A stretch of DNA of 60,596 bases, the filler included, from Catajapyx aquilonaris (Eukaryota): the NCBI GenBank assembly GCA_000934665.2. It is 2 parts of 2 records of this genome, joined end to end, with 100 filler letters (N's around TTAATTAATTAA, not from the genome) between each part and the next. Parts side by side here need not be neighbours in the genome. Positions count along the whole stretch, not along the records: positions 1 to 30,247 come from KZ539192.1; 1 more part is not named here. One strand, written 5' to 3'. The position numbers and the translations under genes are program-made. Numbering within the stretch: the first letter of the stretch is position 1; every line of letters begins with the position of its first letter. Positions 1 through 11,200 of this stretch are shown here, in pieces. The notes beneath the pieces are model-generated. The model worked only from the letters and a program-made list of their open reading frames with translations, was not told the DNA's origin and made no database searches.

Positions 1-52
1 GGGGGGGTAAAAAGTGCCTGAAAATCGGTCACGTGGTATATGGACGACCCCT
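1..52. mobile_element. Probable right end of a MITE truncated by the window edge
   Basis: Ends ...GGTCACGTGGTATATGGACGACCCCT-AG, resembling terminal repeats of common arthropod MITEs. The partner end is outside the window. Confidence 0.3.
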
Positions 53-689
53 AGGGGGTTATGTGCTTGGGAAGTTCTTAGTCAACATTTCCTTAGCTAG
101 TCAGTAATTTTTCTCCTTGATAGGTCTGACTGTACAGATGGATGAAGTTAGATGAGAAGGTCAAGGTAGAAGCACCAAATAAATCCAGGTTTATGCAACC
201 TGTTGCAACTGCATTTTGAGATATTTTTGTGGCCCCCCTTTGATTGGTATAAGTGGTTTTTACCTTGCATTGTGCAGGCAGCCTTTGGGAAGTAAACAAA
301 ATACCAAATTAGGTCATCAGCTGATTTTGATCAGGTGGAACTGTGTCAGTATTGGCACAAAGACAATTTTTGGAATTTCTTCAAAATTATTGCTCACGAG
401 GCAGATGTTTTTATCTTTAGCAGTTGATGATACACACATGGCTGTGTATTTTTCTAAAAGAGTCATCAATTTAAATTGATTCATGTGTGTCAATAAATAC
501 AATACTAAGACCACATATGTGTAGTAGCTGCCTGGAACTTCCCTTTGTCATGATGCTTGCTGATTGGCTGCTGGCTGGTGCTGGGTGCTCCCTTGCACGT
601 TTTGCCCAGCTTCTTTCAAGTTGATGGGGTATGTGCTGTGATTTTATTTTTCACATACATGGTATATGTAGGTGTATAATTGTTCCAGT

Positions 690-1250
690 ACATTCATTCA
701 TTTCATTCATTGTACATCACAGCGTTGTCCCATAATGTGGTAGCCAGCGATGGACTAGGTCATATAACCTAGCCATCTCATTCGACCGAACCAACTCTTG
801 CCGATGTGTCAGGTTCGTTACCGAAAATGACTCATACAGAGATCACCCCCCCTCCTCCCCCCAGGCTATTTATGGACATCAATCAAAAGGGTACATCAAG
901 GTGCATCCAAGAGACATGCTTGAGAAGTGACAATGAATGGCAATGCTCACAGAGCACGCCAAATGCCGCATTATGTCCCCAGACACCGAAGGCCGTTGCT
1001 GCGCACAGTTGAAAGTCTGAGAAGCTGGTGCCAAAGAACAGCAAGACTGGGAAACTTTAAGGTTGTCATTGCTTAGTAGAGATGTTGAGCATCCGATTGG
1101 TGTGATGAAATGCAGAATTCAAGGAAAAAAATAATCGTCACTATATGTCCACTCTATTGCAAAAATGCCCAGTTGTAATTGGTACAGGAGAGCTGTTTAA
1201 TTACAATTAATTCCTGCCATGGATTATTGAGCGAACAAAAATTTTTCTGT
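690..1250 (-). mobile_element. Degenerate 3' fragment of a non-LTR retrotransposon (RTE-like)
   Basis: The minus strand gives frameshifted remnants like AFHH..RMLNI and VRSNGLRCLG/H (cf. RTE-clade RLRWLGH), then a hairpin GATGGCTAGGT..ACCTAGTCCATC and a (GAAT)n tail. The 5' boundary is approximate. Confidence 0.45.
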
Positions 1251-2206
1251 GTTCAGGGGAGGTCTTACAGATGTGTATATAATCATCACCAATTCATTCC
1301 CAAATGTTTACTGCTAATGGAATATAATAATGATTAACCAGTGCCAACACTTGCTCCAGATTAGACCTGTATGTAGTTATGTAGAGGCTCCCAACCGTTT
1401 AGTGTGAGACAGATGAAACTGCATGACTTCTGGTTTTACAAGAGTGTTCCACATGCATTAACAATAGGAAGAATTTTCATCCCACTACCAGTTACTGCTA
1501 ACGTAGCAGTACCACACACACACACACCCACACAGTCTTGTACGGCATTAGCTGTGGGGACATGGATAACACACCCTTGCAAACCTAGTTTATCCTAACA
1601 TAATGACAGGAGGCTGTTATATCAGGACTCAACTGTATATTTGTTTAGTTACATCATTGTCAACAGTATGTGTAAAAATTTTGTTCAATAACTGGACACC
1701 TTAAGCCTGTCCCCCTTCCTCCCATATGCATCAGTTATAAAATTCTTTGTGAGCAGTCATTGACCTACCCACAGCCCTTACACTCTGAACAATGCTTATT
1801 TTTGCCTGCATTGCACTTCCCAAAAATCCATGGACTGCCAAAAATGTTGCAAATCATGAGATGGAATTGAAGACAGAGCTTCTCTAATTGAAGAAATTTG
1901 CCATCCAAGTCGCCTGGAACTCAGCTGCAGAAATTTGCAATGTTAAGCATGCGAAGCTCCTGCCATTTATGCAACTCAAATCCCATCCCATCCATTTGTA
2001 ATTTGTTTGCTGGGAGGTCTGAAATGTTTTAACTACACTTAGAACAGCTGCATTATATTCTCATATGGTTTTTTTATATATAGGACGTTAGGTTTTCTTA
2101 ATTTTCTGCTCTTGTCTACCTTACTTGGGGATTTCTCACATCCAAGACATTAGCAGCAGGTCAGGTACAGCACTTGTGATTACTGAGTGTCATACATTTA
2201 TTGCAG

Positions 2207-5200
2207 GATGAGTCTGGCAACGAAGTCCTGGTGGGCTCCTCAACAATAGGGGTGGCTCTCCGAAAGCGTGATGGGCAGCCAATCACATTCTATCGCTGGG
2301 TGGAGATTGCTAACCTACTGCACCATAAGAAGTACTTGGGTATCGAGTGCACACGGAGTGAGAGGGTGACACAGTTCCATTTTGATGAACCGGAGGCTTC
2401 AAAGTATGTTTGGAAGCTCTGCCTCCTACAGCACAGCTTCTTCAAGCAGAACCAGATGAGCACCACCACTGATGGTGCCACTGTTGGCAGCACTGGTAGT
2501 GGTGGTGGTAGTTCTGGAAGACGGACATTCACGAGTAGTGCTACTGCCCCTGCTTTCCTTCATTTTGATGTGAGTATATGATTAATGATATTGCTTAAAG
2601 AAAGGGGTGTGAGTAGCATTTGGTGTACACAAGCCACACTACAGGGTGTATCAGAAGTCGGTATCTATTTTTATTTTCGAATAACTTTACAACGAGTACA
2701 CCTACGGAAGTGAAACATGATTCGAAATGTGTGGGAATTCATGAGAATTTAACTGGGTGACACTTTGCTACTGTGGCACTGCTAGCGAGCGCAGCTTTAC
2801 ACTTCTTGCCGTGGTGGCGCTGATAATGGAGCGGCTGTGAACAAAATATCGGACCACCTGTCTGTGACATACGAATAGGGTTGGAGTGTTCGGGGACAGG
2901 CCTGTGATATCACAGAGAGCGAGAGAGGTGGTCCGACATTTTGTTCACAGCTGCCCCCATTTATATCAGCACCACCACTGCAAGAAGTGTCAACCTGTGG
3001 CTGCTAACAGCGCCACCGCTTAAGAAGTGTAAAGCTGCGCTCGCTAACAGCGCCACCGCTTAAGAAGTGTAAAGCTGCGCTCGCTAACAGTGCCACAGTA
3101 GCAAAGTGTCACCCAGATAAATTATCATGAATTTCCGCGCATTTCGAATCATGTTTCACTTCCGAAGTTGTACTCGTTGGAAAGTTATTCGAAAATAAAA
3201 ATAGGTACCGACTTCTGATACAACCTTAAATAAATAGGAGTGTCAATTCAGAGAGCTATTAAATATAGGGATGCAGGCGGTGCATCGCACCGGGGGCCCC
3301 ATCCAGCGTTAAAAAAAAAAAAATCAGAAAGAACACTTGTTTCGTGCATCGAAGGCATAATGATTATTATCGTAATCCCTGCACAAAAAACACTATAGCA
3401 GGGGGTAATTGGAAGGGGGCCCCAAAATCGTGACTCGCACCTGGGCCCCCAATGTTCTTGTTATGGCACTGTATGGATGAGTCAGTTTTCTTTATTGGTT
3501 GATGTCAGTGGTACATCTGCACCGAAGCAGGTTGGCATAGTGGATAGGGCGTCCGACTGCTAATCGGGAGGTCCTGGGTTCGAATCCCGGGGCCGGCAAC
3601 CCTGACTGTGGTTTTCTGTGGTTTTCCACGGTCTTTCTAGGATAATTCCGGGGTCGCTTCCGTATAATAGGCCACAGCCGCTTCCTTCCTTCCCTATCCT
3701 TGGAGGTTGAAAGGCAATGCTGGGCCAACCTCCTTAATATCAATTATAAAGTGGTACATCTGCATTGCAGTACTACTGTTCTGACCAGTGCAGTAGTGTC
3801 AGGTTTTGAAATGGGAGAAGCTTCCAGCACATTTAGGGAGCAATTCCAGTCCAAAGTTCAAGGATCCGTGCATGTACCATTTTTCCTCCTTTGTGAAACT
3901 GATGCCTCAGATGAGGTGACGATGTGACTCATCGCCTCCCCTTACTCCCACCCAACCCCTACTTGCCCCTCCAATCTGGCACTTCTGCATTTGATGCCAC
4001 ACGCTGCAGCCACTGCTAAGTGACAAGAATAGTGTACTCGTACTCAAGAATATTGGAATATGCTTCTTAAAGAAATTGGTGTATACACCAGGTAGGCCCT
4101 AACTAAACCCTCTTTATTAGGAATTATGGTTGTAAGTCCAGCACAATCTCCTTATCAAATGACAGTGCCACACCTTTCTTCAAAACTTGCTTTGCATAGG
4201 CCTACAGGTGATATTAAATGTAATTCTTGAGGGAAATTTACATTAATTAATGTGTTAGTCTGTAGTGTCATGGATCAAGGGGTGGGATTTAAAAAAAAGT
4301 ACAGTACAGGAAGTCCCCAGTCTACAAACGGGGTTATGTTCCTGAAAATGTTCACAAGTCGGATTTGTACGTAACTTGGATCCCTGAGGAACAGCGCATA
4401 TACAGGGTGAAGGAATTCTTGTGGACAATCGCCAGGTAGACTGATAGTACTCACAGAACTAATATAGGGATGTGCAATTAGTTTGGGCGCTGTTGCGTAG
4501 TTAATGCGTATGGCAGCTTTAAAGTTTCGTGACGTCACATCCGCTCAAATCCGTTTGGTTTTGAAATCCGTTTCAAAGAAGCAAAAGTCAGCTCAAGGAC
4601 CTCCGAATAATCAGGCCTTGGTCCCCTAATGCATCGTCCATGTGCAATAGGCGATACAAATCCTGTCAGAGTAAGAATCCGGGTGTGACACCCACGCACT
4701 TTGTCGTAGTTTACTTCATATGCGACCATCTGACACTCGACTCGCACTCTGCGCTTTAATGGTGCAGCACGCATTAACTACGCAACTGCGCCAAATGCGT
4801 CCAATGTAGCAGAAACATGTCTGTTACTGATTTTTTGTGTGGAATGAGCTACTTGTCTATATGCAGGTTTCACTTTATAATTGATATTAATGAGGTTGGC
4901 CCAGCATTGCCTTTCAACCTCCAAGGATAGGGAAGGAAGGAAGCGGCTGTGGCCTATTACCGTATTTACGCGCATATAAGACGCACACGCGTATAAGACG
5001 CACCCCGGTTTTGAGGCGAAACATTGTGGAAAATCGGTTGTTGACTTATATAAGACACACCCAGATTTATTGCCGTAGTTTGGGAACTGGCCTCGAGCTG
5101 CCGGGAGCAACCTCGTGTGCAATGCATGTGCAATGCATGTGGTTGTGGAATCCGTTAGAATCCAGTAAAAAGGGGGGGCAAGTGGAAAATGGGACTATGC

Positions 5201-8200
5201 TACACATCTGAAAGGTATAGGTGGCAAGGTCACACCGGAATTGTGCTCATGTGTGGACGATTTCTCACGGGTTTCACCCGTTGTGCCCTGCCGTATAAGA
5301 TGCACACGCGTATAAGACGCACCCTACTTTTTGAGCTACAAAAATCTGAAAAAAGGTGCGTCTTATATGCGCGTAAATACGGTATATATTGTATATGGCG
5401 ATGGCCTATTTATATGGCAGGTTTCACTGTGCCAGAATGATAAAGCTGTGCAGGTGTTACTGCCACTTGATGATGGTTTGGTTCCCCAGAAATTTTATTG
5501 GCTTCAGTCTGTATAGTGTACACTCTCTTTCAAGTTTTATGGTCAGTACCTAGTTGATTGTTGACAGGACTAGTAAGCAGTTAAGCGTGCATAACATGTA
5601 GACATATCCTAATTGTTTGTAATTAAGTAACATTCCCTTGTAATTATGTTCCAGGATCGCCAACCATCTCAGGGGCAAGCAGATATTCTCACCCCCTCCT
5701 CACACCCTTCCTCCTTACAGCTGACTGGTAGCTCCTATAGCCTGACCTCTGCTCCTCTTACACCGACTGACCATCCCCAAGTGATCACTCCCCAGTCTGT
5801 GGCCCCTCCTGGCCACCTTGATATAGAGCGCCTCCGGTCAATGCTTCCTGGGTACAGACCTGCTCCTGACTATGAGACTGCTGTGAGACACAAATATGGT
5901 GCTGGTGCTTCCCATCTTCTTCCCAATGTGATATATACGCCAAATACTACTGCTGCCGTATCATCTAACACCAGTTCTGCCCCTGGTCCTGTACCTGGTC
6001 AGCCGCATGCGGTGAGGTCAGCCAGTTACGGAGTTTTGTACAGTAGCCAGCCAGAAGTTTCACCCAAAGTTCGTGAAGAGGTCTGTTGATATACTTGCGG
6101 TTTTTATATGCAAATTGGGGCCATGTAATGAAACGGACTAGCCTATGGGGTAGTTCATGTATGTGGCAAGAGTTGTTTTTTGAACAGGTTAGAAAATGTG
6201 AACTGTGAAGATGAGGACAAAATTTGTCCTCATCTTCACAGTTCACATTTAATTATTAACAACACCCCACCTTAATACATTTAATGTATTAAGGTGGGGT
6301 GTTGTTAATAATTAAATCCCAGATCTTTAGGCATGAAAATTCCCTGAAATAGGCACAAAAATTTTACTTTTGTGAGCATATGGAGGATAATGTTACAGAA
6401 AATGAAAAAGCAAAACAAAAATTTTGTAGGCCTAAAGTATAAATATAAGTCACACATCAGGAGATCAATGCATGTGTACATCAATCAATTGACCGATAAA
6501 AGGTTTTTAAGTGCTGTTCGCCTTAATTAAAAAGGAAATAATCACAAACCAGAGCAAAAACCAAATAACAACGATAAACTGACAGAAAATCACAAAACTT
6601 GGGCAAAATACAAAGTGCAAGCAAGTATCACTTGCTCTGGACTCTACCGCTAATAGCTAGTTTCCACTTGCACACTATGTTACCAAATATTTTTATAGAT
6701 TTTCATTAGTGTAACTAATTACTTCTGACCGGTGTTGGTCCTTTCAGGAGCACAAAAAATACTGCACAAAAAAACAAATATGCCTCTGAAGGAATAGGTC
6801 ATGAATAGTCAAAAAAAAAGTCCCGCAATTGCGTCAGAAGTTCAAAAACTATTTGAAAAAAGGCCAGATAGTCATGAAAAGGCATACGCCAGAATAGGCA
6901 AAATAGTTCCCAAAACCATGACATAGGCTATTTTAGGCACTATAAAACTTATATTTTACACATCCTGTGCTTATGAAATAGATAAGATCTCTTCACAAAA
7001 CCATCCCAACTGTAAAGGACCTAAATGAAGGGGTCGGTGCACTACTGCCCTAACCCTTTTTTTCACACATGGCCACCTTATTTTGTTCATTCTTAGAGCA
7101 GGTGGTGCATCATCATCATCATAATAGCACATAAATATCCCTTATTAGTGCCTTGTACGAGTATATTGGGGGAGATATGAAAATTGTCCTATGGAAAATG
7201 TGATTTATGGGTCATCTCAAACTTTCAACTTCAGTTTTCTCAAAATCAGGTTTGGGAGGGTTAGGGCAGTATTGCACCGACCCCTTCAAATAATAGGCAT
7301 TTGCCTAATAATCAGGGATTTACTAATAATAATAGCAATAATTTTATTTCCATGAGGTTAGGTCAGCGGTTCTCAAACTGTGGGGCGTGCCCCCCTGGGG
7401 GGGGGGGNGGCACGGGGGGAAATCCAAAAATTAAGTGACTCGAAACAGGACAAAAGTCGCACTGATTAGGTAAGAACTACTTCTCAGGGCTTACTGTAGC
7501 ATGCAGTTCTACACAATTCGTGCAGTTCTAAAAGCCAAATGTGCTGTTCTGAATAAGGATTTGTGCAGTCAGATACGAGCAGACAAGTCTGTTATATCCG
7601 GATTCAACTGTGCTTGGACATTGGCACTGCTAAAAATATGAAGGGACCGATCTTTCTACTTTCTTATATCTGATGTGCTTACATTATAGGAGGATTCCAC
7701 TGTACTTTGTCAGTTATTACATTCACCTAAGATTGTGTGACCTTGAACAAACAAACAAAAATTTCGCCTAGGTGTAAATGGCGTAGGTTAATTAATGGGT
7801 AGAATATTCACGGGTTTGTGAGGAATGGCAGTGTCCATTGAATTCTTCCGAATGGCTAGAGTGTTGGTGGGAGGAGTTGGCGTCTGGAAGTTCATACTTG
7901 GGCTCTGGGTGCTGTGCAGAACTACAAAGTTGGCAAATATCTCTTGCGCAGTAATGCATAGGTAGACACTGGTAGTCATGCTTGCAAGGGTATCTGCCTC
8001 TCTCTCTGTCCTGCACAGCACTTGGAGTTCGGGAGTGGATTTCCTTATGCTGGTTCTTCTCGCTGGCGTGCGAGTGTTCTGATCGTTTGGAGGAGAATAT
8101 TCTGGTCACTTGGAGGAATTTAACAGTTGCTGATTCCTCTTCCAGGGGGGTGGGGGACACTTGATTTCTCAAAGTACCGCGTTGCATAGTGTAATATATT

Positions 8201-11200
8201 GAGAGTTTGTCGTCTGAGATGGGCAGGGGTGGGGGGTGGGATGGGTTGTTCATAGATTTATTTTTACAAGTTTTAATTTAGTTCATATTTTGGGTTAGCT
8301 TGTGGCTCCCGTCATCGCTGACTACCCCTTATAAGGAAATGTCGTGATGGTGGTGGTGGTGATGATGATCGTTACATACTCTCCTATCTTGTTGTGAATG
8401 GGCCCAGTTTTCCCATGATATGCCTGCTATTTTAAAAATTTCATTGACCTGTACAAACCAATTATTGCCTGTTCTAGAACCCATTGTGGTCTGTATACAG
8501 GGTGGATCCGCTAACTCTGGCAAAAATCACGGGGTCGGTAGAGGCCCCATAGGCAAGTATTTTGAGCTTCGGTACCCACGTTCAGAAATGCCCCCATACG
8601 AGAGTACGGCCGTTTCCACCTTTGGTCTGTTGCACCTGGTGGGTAGGCAACCCACCGCACTCGAAGCTTGCATTCATCAGGTGTGTCACGTGTGGAGGAG
8701 ACGAAGGTGACAACAATTGCGAGTGTCAAGTGCCAAACGGAGGATTTTATTAGATCAAGGTCAGCCAACGCTGTTACATGGAGATGACATTCATGAACGA
8801 TGAAACAAATCAATGACACAATTACCAGGTGTCTGGTGATCAAAACAAAAATGTAGCGTCCTGACACAAGGGAAACGCAAAGAAAAACCGTGACGGACAA
8901 AGGTGTTACTACCCACCAGGCGCAACAGACCAAAGGTGGAAAGGGCCGTACCCCCATACGGGGGCATTTCCAGACATGGGTACCGAAGCTCAAAATACTT
9001 GCCTATGGAGCCTCTACCGACCCTATGATTTTTGCCGGAGTTAGTGGATCCACCTTGTATAATTAAATGCACGTTTCGGTAGTCTGTCATTTGCCATCCC
9101 ACCGAGATCTACTAAAAATTTCAGAAGTCGTTTCACTATTGCTACCCCTAGGGGACGGCGGCCTGTTTCTAGTCTCACAGGTGTATTCTTGGGCATTCTC
9201 AAAAAATATTTTATAAAATGGAGCTGGGTTTGGTCTAAGGCCTGTCAGTGGTTAAGGCCCCATAGATGAGTGTTGTAGAGTGCAATGGGGGATTTTTTGG
9301 TGTAAAATATGCGCATTGCTTCATTTAGTCTACGTACCTCCAGTTTTGTCAAAATTGCTTGAGAGCCAGGAATGTACCAGACCTGAAATTCACTCATCAT
9401 TTACCATATTTCAGGAGATTCACAACTACGAGAATGTGACCTTCGGCCAACAGCTTGACTCGTATCCTATGCTTCTTCAATCCCTTCATTATAGGTGAGT
9501 TTTGCTAGCATATACAGGGTGAAAGAAAACTTGCGCCCAATCGCCAGGTAGACTGATAGTACTTGCAAAACTAATATAGGGATGTACAGTTAGTTTTGGG
9601 TGCCGGTGCGTAGTTAATGTGTACGGCGTCTTTAACGATTTGACACCTGAGTTTTTTGGGCTGTTTTAGGCTCTTTTTGAAAAAAAATTCTAGTAGGAGT
9701 AATATTAATGAAAAACAATATGCTCCAATATTTATCATTTTAACTCGTGGTGGTCCTTTTCAATGTAAAATGCCGAAAAAAATTCATCTACAGGGTGTGC
9801 CAGAAATTTTTTAAAAAGTGCAATTAACTTTAAAAGTAATGAAATTTATTTAAATTTTTAAAGTCACTATCAAATTGTTAGTATGGTTACATAAAACTAC
9901 TAAAACACTGTACTTTCAGAAATTCCTATGAGTCCAGACACCGCATGTTGACAAAAACTTTCAGGCAGGAGGGGGTATGTTTAGGTCATGCTGGGAGGCG
10001 GAAAAACTGATTACCATACGCCATGGTAGTTGACCCCCCTTCCATGAGGTGGTAGGAGCAGTTTGAGCCTCAAACTGCGCCATTTTTGTGTAAACTCTCG
10101 CGCTCCCAGTTCAAAAACCAGCAGGACATCATGTGATGTCCTTATGTGTCAAAGGGTTAAAGTGTAGAGGGCCAGGTGGTAATAATATGAGGTAAAAATG
10201 ACAAAGTGCACAAGTGTTGCACCCGGATTCATACTCTGATGGGATTTGATCACCTATTGCACATGGACGATGTGTTGGGCGTTAGGGGACCAAGGCCGGA
10301 TTATTCGGAGGTCCTCGAGCTGGCTTTTGATTCTTTGAAACTGGCAGAGCAGATGTGACGTCACGAAACTTCAAGGCGCTGTACTCATTAACTACACTAC
10401 GGCACTCAAAACAAATTATTGCACATCCCTACATTAGTTTTGCGAGTACTATCAGTCTACCTGGCGATTGGGCGCGAATTTCCCTTCACCCTGTATAGCC
10501 TACATTCAGTTTTTGTGCAGGAAATTCTTTGAGTTTGATTCTTGGTTGGACTTCTTATAGGTCCAATCTTAGGTAGCCTACCAGATATTGTAGTGCCCCA
10601 TGATCCCACGTCAGGAACACCACGATGAATGATAGGCACCGGACAGCTTTAAGATGTATATTCTCCACACAAGTATACCGATAAACGTCTGATCTCAATA
10701 ACAGTCACTCAACGACTCCCGTTCCAAACACTCACAAACCCCCACAATGCCTTGGTTAGCCTCCATAGCAACCGTTACCATTAACCACACCTGACAACAA
10801 TACACAGTCTTGCCAACATGACTCGAACCACTACAATATTAAATTAAATTTATATGTTCGTTTTATATCGGCTGATTTTGAGCTCCAGTACCAGACTTCT
10901 TGTGATGGTAGGGGGAGTCAGAAAGAAGCTACTTTGTTAGGGGAAACAGATAACCTGATGTCAAGTACCTTCGTTTTGTGTCAGAGATTATTATCAAAGA
11001 TGCCTAAAAAACACCTCATAACCATACACTTCCAGTATGAGGCTATGTAGCTGCCAACTGCACTAGAGGTGGACACAAATGTTTAGCTCATACAGGTCCT
11101 TTTTCCAGCACATCTGATAGCATAAAACTGGGACACTTCCAGACACTTGCCCCCCCCCTCTCTCTCAAAGTTGCTTATTTTGGAGTAACTTACCACTTTA

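Noticed and set aside
3003..3090. CRISPR-like or regulatory repeat array
   Set aside because: Only a 40-bp tandem duplication without spacers, inside a MITE, in a eukaryotic context.
3521..3597. tRNA genes (also at 27767, 31483, 46839, 59652)
   Set aside because: A/B boxes are present but there is no proper acceptor stem or cloverleaf. Most continue into shared repeat bodies with tails and TSDs, so they are SINE heads.
7792..8460. 153-aa minus-strand ORF and nearby WAHSQQDRR as Penelope GIY-YIG or RTE remnants
   Set aside because: The resemblance is limited to a few residues and no diagnostic motif can be supported.
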